Shown here: positions 38,112 through 53,800 of the stretch, piece after piece | How positions within the stretch are numbered: position 1 is the first letter of the stretch | Layout: the number at the start of each line of letters is the position of its first letter | NCBI GenBank assembly: GCA_964016885.1 | Contig: OZ024741.1 | Location: 35,588,001-35,652,000 of the forward strand | DNA from: Eledone cirrhosa | Taxonomy: Eukaryota | Reading direction: 5' to 3' | Length of the DNA: 64,000 nt | Notes under the pieces: generated by a model | Told to the model about the DNA's origin: nothing | The model's database searches: none | What the model saw: the letters and a program-made list of their open reading frames with translations, nothing else | Translations under genes and position numbers: made by a program

Positions 38112-38779
38112 ACATGAGAAAACTTTTTATCAACCTAAACATGATAAATAATCATGACTAATGTTCAGCTGGCTCCTCCATTTGTATCCATTAAATCTAA
38201 TATATCCCCACAAGCAAGTACAATTACTTGTTTCCTCAAACATGTCAAAACCTCAATCAACTCATTGACACACACTTCCCTTACTTGCTATATCTTGACC
38301 AACAAGCTACTCATTCAACTCTGTACTTCACTACCACTACAAATGAACATATCCAACAGGCAACTAAGCCACAACTAAACCAACATTTACTCATTATCCT
38401 GCTAAACATATGTAGGTATATATACATAAACATAGGTATTTGCACATGTCTGCATATGAATATGGCAGTGTATACACTCATATACATGTATAAACAATAG
38501 TATGCATAAGCATGCATCATCATTATCACCATCATTCATGATATTTGGATATGGTTGGAGACAATGTTTACAGCAAGATGCCCTTCCTAATGCCAACTCT
38601 TTTACTCACCTCTTACAATATACACAGATATGGTGTACCTGTACTAAAAACCAGGATACACATGACTTGTACATACATATTCATTTACATGTCAATATAC
38701 ATACATATACATACGTATAACATGTATTTACATATTCATTATATACATGGCATATATACACATATTCATATACCTAGCT

Positions 38780-39646
38780 ATGACAAAAGTGTTGATGAGT
38801 AGAAAAGAGGACAAAACTGATTCCATCAGGGAAATGGCCATGTTCGTTATGCAGAAAAGGAACTGGCATAAATTCTATAAAATGTACACAATGCAGATCT
38901 TGGGTACACAAAAGATGTAGTGGGATAGCAGACTAACTAACAGGCAGGGAGAAATATGTATGCAGTAGATGTACAGGGAAATTTGGCAGTAGAAATTGCA
39001 TTGATAGACACATTTTTCAAATGCAGGGGGTTGCTATAGAAGTGGTTGATAGCTTCCAGTACCTAGGTGATCAGATTAGAATGGGAGGGGGTGTGTTCCG
39101 AGACCACAGTATCTAGAATAAGGATGGGTTGGAAGAAGTTTAGGGAGCTGCTTCCTCTGCTAACAAAGAAGGGTTTCTCCCTGCATACGAAAGGCCAGTT
39201 ATATGATGCCTGTGTGAAGTGCGCAATGCTGCATGGTAGTGAGGCAAGAGAAGCAACTGCAGATGATATGCAACAGCTGGAGAGAAATGAGGCAAGCATG
39301 CTCTGTTGGATGTGCAATGTGAATGTGCGTGAATGACCGAGCATGGATGTGTTGAAAAATAAACGGTGTCTGAGAGGGATAAATTGTAGTGTGCAGGAGA
39401 GGAGAGTGCGATGGTATGGACATGTAATGCGCATGGAGGATGACCGATGGGTAAAGAAGTACCAAGAAATACCAGATGAAGGAAGACGTAGTAGAGGAAG
39501 ACCATGAAAAACATGGGCGGAGGTGGTGAGAGCAGACCTCAGGTCACTGAAGCTCATAGAGGAGATGACAAAGGACCGTGACAAGTGGAGAGATGCTGTG
39601 CTGAATAGGACCCATCCCACCATTGCAAGCAGGGTAAAGCAGACTT

Positions 39647-39679
<33 letters not shown>
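38780..39679 (+). mobile_element. 5'-truncated decayed RTE LINE (short 3' UTR)
   Basis: PHD-like remnant, GWKKFRELLPLL, WYGHVMR; (GAT)n tail. Confidence 0.9.
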
Positions 39680-39789
39680 TAACTAAACATATGTATATAC
39701 ATATTTCGTAAGGTAAAGAAGATTGTTTGTCTGTTTAGTTCATTTGTTGGATGGTAGTATGAATTGCAAGATAAAGTTGTTGACATTGG

Positions 39790-42258
39790 TTTGTTGGTCA
39801 AGTCCATGGTAAGAGAATGAAGTATCTGTTGGTCAAGTCCATGGTAGGAGAGTGAAGTGTCTCTGTTGGTCAAGTCCATGGTAGGAGAGTGAAGTGTGTC
39901 TGTTGGTCAAGTCCATGGTAGGAGAGTGAAGTGTGTCTGTTGGTCAAGTCCATGGTAGGAGAGTGAAGTGTCTCTGTTGGTCAAGTCCATGGTAGGAGAG
40001 TGAAGTGTGTCAGTTGGTCAAGACCATGGCAAATGAGTGAAGTGTGTCTCTCTTGGTCAAGTCCATGGTAGGAGAGTGAAGTGTGTCTGTTGGTCAAGAC
40101 CATGGCAAGAGAGTGAAGTGTGTCTCTCTTGGTCAAGTCCATGGTAGGAGAGTGAAGTGTGTCTGTTGGTCAAGACCATGGCAAGTGAGTGAAGTGTGTC
40201 TCTCTTGGTCAAGTCCATGGTAGGAGAGTGAAGTGTGTCTGTTGGTCAAGACCATGGCAAGAGAGTGAAGTGTGTCTCTCTTGGTCAAGTCCATGGTAGG
40301 AGAGTGAAGTGTCTCTGTTGGTCAAGTCCATGGTAGGAGAGTGAAGTGTGTCTCTGTTGGTCAAGTCCATGGCAGGAGAGTGAAGTGTGTCTCTCTTCGT
40401 CAAGTCCATGGCAACAGAGTGAAGTTTGGCTGTTGGTCAAGTCCATGGCAAGAGAGTGAAGTGTGTCTCTGTTGTTGAAGTCCATGGTAGGAGAGTGAAG
40501 TGTGTCTCTGTTGGTCAAGTCCATGGCAACAGAGGTGAGTGTGTCTCTGTTGGTCAAGTCCATGGTAGGAGAGTGAAGTGTGTCTATTGGTCAAGACGAT
40601 GGCAAGAGAGTGAAGTGTCTCTGTTGGTCAAGTCCATGGTAGGAGAGTGAAGTGTGTCAGTTGGTCAAGACCATGGCAAGTGAGTGAAGTGTGTCTATTG
40701 GTCAAGATCATGGCAAGTGAGTGAAGTGTGTCTCTCTTGGTCAAGTCCATGGTAGGAGAGTGAAGTGTGTCTCTGTTGGTCAAGTCCATGGTAGGAGAGT
40801 GAAGTGTGTCTATTGGTCAAGACCATGGCAAGTGAGTGAAGTGTGTCTCTCTTGGTCAAGTCCATGGTAGGAGAGTGAAGTGTGTCTCTGTTGGTCAAGT
40901 CCATGGTAGGAGAGTGAAGTGTGTCTGTTGGTCAAGACCATGGCAAGTGAGTGAAGTGTGTCTCTCTTGGTCAAGTCCATGGTAGGAGAGTGAAGTGTCT
41001 GTTGGTCAAGTCCATGGCAAGAGAGTGAAGTGTGTCTGTTGGTCAAGACCATGGCAAGAGAGTGAAGTGTGTTTGTTGGTCAAGTCCATGGTAGGAGAGT
41101 GAAGTGTCTCTGTTGGTCAAGTCCATGGTAGGAGAGTGAAGTGTGTCTCTGTTGGTCAAGTCCATGGCAGGAGAGTGAAGTGTGTCTCTCTTCGTCAAGT
41201 CCATGGCAACAGAGTGAAGTTTGGCTGTTGGTCAAGTCCATGGCAAGAGAGTGAAGTGTGTCTCTGTTGTTGAAGTCCATGGTAGGAGAGTGAAGTGTGT
41301 CTCTGTTGGTCAAGTCCATGGCAACAGAGGTGAGAGTGTCTCTGTTGGTCAAGTCCATGGTAGGAGAGTGAAGTGTGTCTATTGGTCAAGACCATGGCAA
41401 GAGAGTGAAGTGTGTCTATTGGTCAAGACCATGGCAAGAGAGAGAAGTGTGTCTGTTGGTCAAGTCCATGGCAAGAGAGTGAAGTGTGTCTCTGTTGGTC
41501 AAGTCCATGGTAGGAGATTGAAGTGTGTCTATTGGTCAAGACCATGGCAAGAGAGTGAAGTGTGTCTGTTGGTCAAGTCCATGGCAAGAGAATGAAGTGT
41601 GTCTCTGTTGGTCAAGTCCAGTCCATGGTAGGAAAGTGAAGTGTGTCTGTTGGTCAAGTTCATGGCAAGAGAGTGAAGTGTGTCTCTGTTGGTCAAGTCC
41701 ATGGTAGGAGAGTGAAGTGTGTCTATTGGTCAAGACCATGGCAAGAGAGTGAAGTGTGTCTGTTGGTCAAGTCCATGGCAAGAGAGTGAAGTGTGTCTCT
41801 GTTGGTCAAGTCCATGGTAGGAGAGTGAAGTGTGTCTATTGGTCAAGACCATGGCAAGAGAGTGAAGTGTGTCTGTTGGTCAAGTCCATGGCAAGAGAGT
41901 GAAGTGTGTCTCTGTTGGTCAAGTCCAGTCCATGGTAGGAAAGTGAAGTGTGTCTGTTGGTCAAGTTCATGGCAAGAGAGTGAAGTGTGTCTCTGTTGGT
42001 CAAGTCCATGGTAGGAGAGTGAAGTGTGTCTATTGGTCAAGACCATGGCAAGAGAGTGAAGTGTGTCTGTTGGTCAAGTCCATGGCAAGAAAGTGAAGTG
42101 TGTCTCTGTTGGTCAAGTCCATGGTAGGAGAGTGAAGTGTGTCTCTGTTGGTCAAGTCCATGGTAGGAAAGTGAAGTGTGTCTGTTGGTCAAGACCATGG
42201 CAATAGAGTGAAGTGTGTCTGTTGGTCAAGTCAATGGTAGGAGAGTGAAGTGTGTCTC
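39790..42258. repeat. 37/39-bp minisatellite (~2.5 kb) with internal block duplications
   Basis: tgttggtcaagtccatggtaggagagtgaagtgtgtc(tc); identical spurious ORFs 795 bp apart (40285/41080) and near-identical ones 307 bp apart (41536/41843). Confidence 0.97.
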
Positions 42259-42571
42259 AGTGAGTCGAGAGAATTGTTTCTATGAAGTGTCGCCGAGGAA
42301 TCAGAAGTTATAGTCACCTGTAGTGACAATGTGATATTACCATGGGGAAAACAATTTTCCTCAATCACATGACTATGAATTAACAAATAAATAAGAGAGT
42401 GGTATTTTTGTTTTTATTGGTTGCATGATTGACTTCAAAATCATATGCAGTAATAATTAACAACAGGAAAAGCTACACGTATAATTATATTGTGTTGATT
42501 GTGTGTGTGAATATAAAATCTGAAAGTAGTGAATTTACTAACCTGTGTGTTGATGTCGGTAGCCAGCAAGG

Positions 42572-43593
<1,022 letters not shown>

Positions 43594-44285
43594 CAACAAC
43601 ATCATGAACTGTGTTGTCTGTATGTTACAAAGCAAAGAAGCCGGCTGTACTCTGTAGCAGAGTGAAGAAAAAGACTGTTTTTCTGGGGTCAAAATAATTT
43701 GTATTTATAAGGATTGTGGACCCAGAAAACATTAAATGCAGGGCCTTTGAAAATTATAATTTCCTTTTAAACAAAGACAAATTAAAAAGATGACATTGTT
43801 AGCTCAAACAAAAGAATTTTTATCTCAGTCTGGCTGAGGTTAAAGGTTAGTGTGCATTGATAAAGAGACCACCTGAGAAGATGGGAATGGTTTCGCTACA
43901 CATACACATATGTACACATATATACACTCATACACATACATATGCACTTATACATACATATGCATTCACATATACAAGTACAAATTTGTTCTCAATTAAA
44001 AGTGCTCACAATACCAATTTTCAATATAACTATATAATATATATAAAATTATAAGGACTTTCTGCACTTCAGTTAAGCTTTTACCATTTTTATAGCTATC
44101 ACAATGATAAAAGCTTCAAATGTAGGGCAGAAAATACTGGCAATATCTACACTCTACTTTTCTTAAGTCTAGAGTAGTAAGTTAAATAATGGTCTTATTG
44201 GTCATAACTAATAACAGCACATCCATTAATATATATAATATATCTATAATATATAATTTTATAATATGCAGCTATATATATATAT

Positions 44286-44757
44286 AATTGTTAAATGTTA
44301 AGTACATCACCTAACAAGATTGTAAATGCTGTAACGGTATGTGTGTATGTGATATATTTGACCAGTGTGTTTAACGAATTCAATGATATCTTCTGGGAGT
44401 AGAAGTAGCAGTTAATTGTGTGTATGTATGTGTGCCTATATATATATATATATCTGTGTGTGTGTTAGTTAAATGTGTAACTACTTACTTGATATATATA
44501 TATCATCACCGTTTTACGTCCATTTTTCCATGTTTATATATATATATCATCATCATCATCATCTTCGTTTAACGTCCATTTTCCACGGTAGCATTATATA
44601 TATATATAGGCATACATATATACACACAATTAACTGCTACATCTACTCCCAGAAGATAATTGAATTTGTTAAATACACTGGTGAAATATATTACATACAC
44701 ACATGCAGTTACAGCATTTACAATCTTGTTAGGGGATGTACTTAACATTTAACAATT
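44286..44757. repeat. Inverted repeat with ~150-bp arms around a TA-rich/LINE-tail spacer
   Basis: 44286-44432 is the reverse complement of 44611-44757 with moderate divergence. Confidence 0.88.
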
Positions 44758-45633
44758 TCAGTCCTCAGAGACTCACAAATGCTGAAGTTCTAAAGTCACT
44801 GAATGAAAGATAATTTATGGCCTGAGAGTTGGGGGAAAAGGTGTAGGTTGATAATATAAAAGATGGATGTCAACATTTAAACCAAATATACCGAATATAT
44901 GCTTTTATTCTTTCAGTTGTTTCAGTTATTAGACTGTGGCCATGCTGGGGCACTTCTTAAACAATCATATTGATTCCAGCACTTATTTTTTTCAAGTCTG
45001 TTACTTATTTTATCAATCTCTTTTTGCTGAACAGCAAAGTTAATTGACAGTTTCCACCCACCAGATTTCACTAACAAGGCATTGGTCAACCCAAGGATAT
45101 AATAGAAGACATTTGCCTAAGGTTTCATTCAGTAGGAGTCAACTTGAAACCACATTGTGGTGAAGCAAACTCCTTAACCACATAGCCATGCCTGCATCTA
45201 TATATGAAGATTTGTGCAATTATCAATTGCTTCAGGTATATACAAAAAAAAAATAATATATATACATATAATGAAATTTCCTGAAAGCAGTCAAGCAGTA
45301 TGTAATACATTTTAACTATAATCGCAGTATGATGAGGATAATGTTGTTGATGATTATAGTGTGTTACAGAGAGTGATAGAAGGAGACACTAAGAAAAATA
45401 AGACAGCTAAGTGGATCTTGACCATTTTCATGCAATCATCCAATAGATAATTTTATTACTCTTTTTCAAATTCCCAATAAGTAGCTGTCAACACATATTT
45501 TGCCCATATTCATATATGCCTGGAGAAAGTAGAGATAAAATACTTATATGTATGCATGCATATACAAATATGTGTGTGTGCGCACATATATATATAATAT
45601 ATACAAATATATATATATATCTATATATATATA

Positions 45634-45693
<60 letters not shown>

Positions 45694-46215
45694 TAGAGAG
45701 AGAGAGGAAGAGAGATACAGACTCTATTAAAAAGAATCATCCGATTTTATTTACAATTTTTACAAATGCTCAATCATCATCATCATCACCTTTTTACGTC
45801 CATTCTTCCACGCTAGCATGGGTTAGACAGGTTGTCCTGTTGTGGGCAGTGTCTGGTCAGCTGACCTTCCCTTGCTTATACAGGAACTGATTCTGGCTCG
45901 ATTTCTACAGCTGGATGCCCTTCCTAACACCAACCTCATTTACAGTGAGTGCTGGGTGCTTTTTTCCGTGGCGCCTACACGTCCACTTTACAGTGTGGGC
46001 TGGGTACTTTTTTGCCGTGGCACCTCCATGACCACTTTGCAGTGGGAGGGCGTGGGGGCATATTGTCAATATGCTTCAGCTTCGGCTTGTACCCGTGTGT
46101 GTGTGTGTGGGGGGGGGGGGGTCAATATGTAAATAAACCTTATAAAAAAAGAATAAAACTTTATATTCAGACATGTATTGTACAAGTTACCTCTTGATTA
46201 TATGGTCATTTGTTT

Positions 46216-46246
<31 letters not shown>

Positions 46247-46249
<3 letters not shown>

Positions 46250-47685
46250 TACAAAACATCCAGCCCACACCGTAAAGTGGTCGTGTAGGTGTCACGACAA
46301 TAAGCACACAGTCCACACTGTAAAGTGGTCGTGTAGGTGTCACGACAACAAGCACACAGTCCACACTGTAAAGTGGTCGTGTAGGTGTCACGACAACAAG
46401 CACACAGTCCACAGTGTAAAGTGGTTGTGTAGGAGACACGACAAAAAGCACACAGTCCACACTGTAAAGTGGTCGTGTAGGTGTCACGACAACAAGCACA
46501 CAGTCCACACTGTAAAGTGGTCGTGTAGGTGTCACGACAAAAAGCACACAGTCCACACTGTAAAGTGGTCGTGTAGGTGTCACGACAACAAGCACACAGT
46601 CCATACTGTAAAGTGGTCGTGTAGGTGTCACGACAACAAGCATACAGTCCATACTGTAAAGTGGTCGTGTAGGTGTCACGACAACAAGCACACAGTCCAC
46701 ACTGTAAAGTGGTCGTGTAGGTGTCACGACAACAAGCACACAGTCCACACTGTAAAGTGGTCGTGTAGGTGTCACGACAACAAGCACACAGTCCACACTG
46801 TAAAGTGGTCGTGTAGGTGTCACGACAAAAAGCACACAGTCCACACTGTAAAGTGGTCGTGTAGGTGTCACGACAACAAGCACACAGTCCATACTGTAAA
46901 GTGGTCGTGTAGGTGTCACGACAACAAGCATACAGTCCATACTGTAAAGTGGTCGTGTAGGTGTCACGACAACAAGCACACAGTCCACACTGTAAAGTGG
47001 TCGTGTAGGTGTCACGACAACAAGCACACAGTCCACACTGTAAAGTGGTCGTGTAGGTGTCACGACAACAAGCACACAGTCCACACTGTAAAGTCGTCGT
47101 GTAGGTGTCACGACAACAAGCATACAGTCCATACTGTAAAGTGGTTGTGTAGGTGTCACGACAACAAGCACACAGTTCACACTGTAAAGTGGTTGTGTAG
47201 GAGACACGACAAAAAGCACACAGTCCACACTGTAAAGTGGTCGTGTAGGTGTCACGACAAAAAGCACACAGTCCACACTGTAAAGTGGTTGTGTAGGTGT
47301 CACGACAACAAGCACACAGTTTACACTGTAAAGTGGTTGTGTAGGAGACACGACAAAAAGCACACAGTCCACACTATAAAGTGGTTGTGTAGGAGACAGG
47401 ACAAAAAGCACACAGTCCACACTGTAAAGTGGTTGTGTAGGAGACACAACAAAAAGCACCCAGTCAACAGTGTAAAGTGGTTGTGTAGGTGTAACGGTAA
47501 AAAGCACCCAGCACACACTGTCAATGTGCTTGGCGTTAGGAAGGGCATCGAGCTGTAGAAAACTAGCCAGAAACAGTCCTATACAAGTGAGACATGGTCA
47601 CCCGACCCAACTTGCCTCAAATGGGACAAACCCGTCTAACAAATGTGTGGAAGATAGAAGTTAAACAAGGATGATGATGATGATA
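46247..47685 (+). repeat. 48-bp tandem array (~26 units) expanded inside an RTE 3' UTR copy
   Basis: Unit cacacagtccacactgtaaagtggtcgtgtaggtgtcacgacaacaag runs to about 47520, then continues into ggaagggcatc...(GAT)n tail. Confidence 0.95.
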
Positions 47686-47836
47686 TATATATAAATATAT
47701 ATATCTAAATGGTAAACAGAAATAACAAAAGTAACAAAACAAATGCACAGTACATGGAAGAAATATATTAGTATATTGTCAACAGAGAAATGGATATACA
47801 CTACACCCTGTTGAATAACAATCTTTAAACTACCCA

Positions 47837-50800
47837 CATACAGTACAGTCTATATACTATACATACAGTGACATTATACAGTACAGTCTATATACTATAC
47901 ATACAGTGACATTATACAGTACAGTCTATATACTATACATACAGTGACATTATACAGTACAGTCTATATACTATACATACAGTGACATTATACAGTACAG
48001 TCTATATACTATACATACAGTGACATTATACAGTACAGTCTATATACTATACATACAGTGACAGTATACAGTACAGTCTATATACTATACATACAGTGAT
48101 ATTATACAGTACAGTCTATATACTATACATAGTGACATTATACAGTACAGTCTATATACTATATATACAGTGACATTATACAGTGCAGTCTATATACTAT
48201 ATATACAGTACAGTCTATATACTATATATACAGTGACATTATACAGTACAGTCTATATACTATACATACAGTGACATTATACAGTACAGTCTATATACTA
48301 TAGATACAGTGACATTATACAATACAGTCTATATACTATACATACAGTGACATTATACAGTACAGTCTATATACTATATATACAGTGACATTATACAGTA
48401 CAGTCTATATACTATATATACAGTGACATTATACAGTACAGTCTATATACTATACATACAGTGACATTATACAGTACAGTCTATATACTATACATACAGT
48501 GGCATTATACAGTACAGTCTATATACTATACATACAGTGACATTATACAGTACAGTCTATATACTATACATACAGTGACATTATACAGTACAGTCTATAT
48601 ACTATACATACAGTGGCATTATACAATACAGTCTATATACTATACATACAGTGACATTATATAGTACAGTCTATATACTATACATACAGTGACATTATAC
48701 AGTACAGTCTATATACTATATATACAGTGACATTATACAGTACAGTCTATATACTATACATACAGTGACATTATACAATACAGTCTATATACTATACATA
48801 CAGTGACATTATACAGTACAGTCTATATACTATACATACAGTGACATTATACAGTACAGTCTATATACTATATATACAGTGACATTATACAGCACAGTCT
48901 ATATACTATACATACAGTGACATTATACAGTACAGTCTATATACTATATATACAGTGACATTATACAGTACAGTCTATATACTATACATACAGTGACATT
49001 ATACAGTACAGTCTATATACTATATATACAGTGACATTATACAGTACAGTCTATATACTATACATACAGTGACATTATACAGTACAGTCTATATACTATA
49101 CATACAGCGACATTATACAGTACAGTCTATCTACTATACATACAGTGACATTATACAGTAGAGTCTATATACTATACATAGTGACATTATACAGTACAGT
49201 CTATATACTATACATACAGTGACATTATACAGTAGTCTATATACTATACATACAGTGGCATTATACAGTACAGTCTATATACTATAGATACAGTGACATT
49301 ATACAGTACAGTCTATATACTATACATACAGTGACATTATACAGTACAGTCTATATACTATACATACAGTGACATTATACAGTACAGTCTATATACTATA
49401 CATACAGTGACATTATACAGTAGAGTCTATATACTATACATACAGTGACATTATACAGTACAGTCTATATACTATACATACAGTGACATTATACAGTACA
49501 GTCTATATACTATACATACAGTGACATTATACAGTACAGTCTATATACTATACATACAGTGATATTATACAGTACAGTCTATATACTATACATAGTGACA
49601 TTATACAGTACAGTCTATATACTATATATACAGTGACATTATACAGTGCAGTCTATATACTATATATACAGTACAGTCTATATACTATATATACAGTGAC
49701 ATTATACAGTACAGTCTATATACTATACATACAGTGACATTATACAGTACAGTCTATATACTATAGATACAGTGACATTATACAATACAGTCTATATACT
49801 ATACATACAGTGACATTATACAGTACAGTCTATATACTATATATACAGTGACATTATACAGTACAGTCTATATACTATATATACAGTGACATTATACAGT
49901 ACAGTCTATATACTATACATACAGTGACATTATACAGTACAGTCTATATACTATACATACAGTGGCATTATACAGTACAGTCTATATACTATACATACAG
50001 TGACATTATACAGTACAGTCTATATACTATACATACAGTGACATTATACAGTACAGTCTATATACTATACATACAGTGGCATTATACAATACAGTCTATA
50101 TACTATACATACAGTGACATTATATAGTACAGTCTATATACTATACATACAGTGACATTATACAGTACAGTCTATATACTATATATACAGTGACATTATA
50201 CAGTACAGTCTATATACTATACATACAGTGACATTATACAATACAGTCTATATACTATACATACAGTGACATTATACAGTACAGTCTATATACTATACAT
50301 ACAGTGACATTATACAGTACAGTCTATATACTATATATACAGTGACATTATACAGCACAGTCTATATACTATACATACAGTGACATTATACAGTACAGTC
50401 TATATACTATATATACAGTGACATTATACAGTACAGTCTATATACTATACATACAGTGACATTATACAGTACAGTCTATATACTATATATACAGTGACAT
50501 TATACAGTACAGTCTATATACTATACATACAGTGACATTATACAGTACAGTCTATATACTATACATACAGCGACATTATACAGTACAGTCTATCTACTAT
50601 ACATACAGTGACATTATACAGTAGAGTCTATATACTATACATAGTGACATTATACAGTACAGTCTATATACTATACATACAGTGACATTATACAGTAGTC
50701 TATATACTATACATACAGTGGCATTATACAGTACAGTCTATATACTATAGATACAGTGACATTATACAGTACAGTCTATATACTATACATACAGTGACAT

Positions 50801-53800
50801 TATACAGTACAGTCTATATACTATACATACAGTGACATTATACAGTACAGTCTATATACTATACATAGTGACATTATACAGTACAGTCTATATACTATAC
50901 ATACAGTGACATTATACAGTACAGTCTATATACTATATATACAGTGACATTATACAGTACAGTCTATATACTATATATACAGTGACATTATACAGTACAG
51001 TCTATATACTATACATACAATGACATTATACAGTACAGTCTATATACTATACATACAGTGACATTATACAGTACAGTCTATATACTATACATACAGTGGC
51101 ATTATACAGTACAGTCTATATACGATACATACAGCGACATTATACAGTACAGTCTATATACTATACATACAGTGACATTATACAGTACAGTCTATATACT
51201 ATATATACAGTGACATTATACAGTACAGTCTATATACTATACATACAGTGACATTATACAGTACAGTCTATATACTATAAATACAGTGACATTATACAGT
51301 ACAGTCTATATACTATACATACAGTGACATTACACAGTACAGTCTATATACTATACATACAGTGACATTATACAGTACAGTCTATATACTATACATACAG
51401 TGACATTATACAGTACAGTCTATATACTATATATACAGTGACATTATACAGTACAGTCTATATACTATACATACAGTGACATTATACAATACAGTCTATA
51501 TACTATACATAGTGACATTATACAGTATAGTCTATATACTATACATACAGTGACATTATACAGTACAGTCTATATACTATATATACAGTGACATTATACA
51601 GCACAGTCTATATACTATACATACAGTGACATTATACAGTACAGTCTATATACTATATATACAGTGACATTATACAGTACAGTCTATATACTATACATAC
51701 AGTGACATTATACAGTACAGTCTATATACTATATATACAGTGACATTATACAGTACAGTCTATATACTATACATACAGTGACATTATACAGTACAGTCTA
51801 TATACTATACATACAGCGACATTATACAGTACAGTCTATCTACTATACATACAGTGACATTATACAGTAGAGTCTATATACTATACATAGTGACATTATA
51901 CAGTACAGTCTATATACTATACATACAGTGACATTATACAGTAGTCTATATACTATACATACAGTGGCATTATACAGTACAGTCTATATACTATAGATAC
52001 AGTGACATTATACAGTACAGTCTATATACTATACATACAGTGACATTATACAGTACAGTTTATATACTATACATACAGTGACATTATACAGTACAGTCTA
52101 TATACTATACATAGTGACATTATACAGTACAGTCTATATACTATACATACAATGACATTATACAGTACAGTCTATATACTATACATACAGTGACATTATA
52201 CAGTACAGTCTATATACTATACATACAGTGGCATTATACAGTACAGTCTATATACGATACATACAGCGACATTATACAGTACAGTCTATATACTATACAT
52301 ACAGTGACATTATACAGTACAGTCTATATACTATATATACAGTGACATTATACAGTACAGTCTATATACTATACATACAGTGACATTATACAGTACAGTC
52401 TATATACTATAAATACAGTGACATTATACAGTACAGTCTATATACTATACATACAGTGACATTACACAGTACAGTCTATATACTATACATACAGTGACAT
52501 TATACAGTACAGTCTATATACTATACATACAGTGACATTATACAGTACAGTCTATATACTATACATACAGTGATATTATACAGTACAGTCTATATACTAT
52601 ACATAGTGACATTATACAGTACAGTCTATATACTATATATACAGTGACATTATACAGTAGTCTATATACTATAGATACAGTGACATTATACAGTACAGTC
52701 TATATACTATACATACAGTGACATTATACAGTACAGTCTATATACTATACATACAGTGACATTATACAGTACAGTCTATATACTATACATACAGTGACAT
52801 TATACAGTACAGTCTATATACTATACATACAGTGACATTATACAGTACAGTCTATATACTATACATAGTGACATTATACAGTACAGTCTATATACTATAT
52901 ATACAGTGACATTATACAGTACAGTCTATATACTATACATAGTGACATTATACAATACAGTCTATATACTATAGATACAGTGACATTATACAGTACAGAC
53001 TATATACTATACATACAGTGACATTATACAGTACAGTCTATATACTATACATACAGTGACATTATACAGTACAGTCTATATACTATACATAGTGACATTA
53101 TACAGTACAGTCTATATACTATACATACAGTGACATTATACAGTACAGTCTATATACTATACATACGGTGACATTATACAGTACAGTCTATATACTATAC
53201 ATAGTGACATTATACAGTACAGTCTATATACTATATATACAGTGACATTATACAGTACAGTCTATATACTATACACAGAGACATTATACAGTACAGTCTA
53301 TATACTATACATACAGTGACATTATACAGTACAGTCTATATACTATACATACAGTGACATTATACAGTACAGTCTATATACTATACATAGTGACATTATA
53401 CAGTACAGTCTATATACTATATATACAGTGACATTATACAGTACAGTCTATATACTATACATACAGAGACATTATACAGTACAGTCTATATACTATACAT
53501 ACAGTGACATTATACAGTACAGTCTATATACTATACATAGTGACATTATACAGTACAGTCTATATACTATACATACAGTGACATTATACAGTACAGTCTA
53601 TATACTATACACACGGTGACATTATACAGTACAGTCTATATACTATACATAGTGACATTATACAGTACAGTCTATATACTATATATACAGTGACATTATA
53701 CAATACAGTCTATATACTATACATAGTGACATTATACAGTACAGTCTATATACTATACATACAGCGACATTATACAGTACAGTCTATATACTATACATAC

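Noticed and set aside
46173-47558. 461-aa and 433-aa ORFs with His/Cys-rich 16-aa repeats
   Set aside because: By-product of a 48-bp stop-free tandem unit derived from a LINE 3' UTR; open on both strands, with no splice or start context
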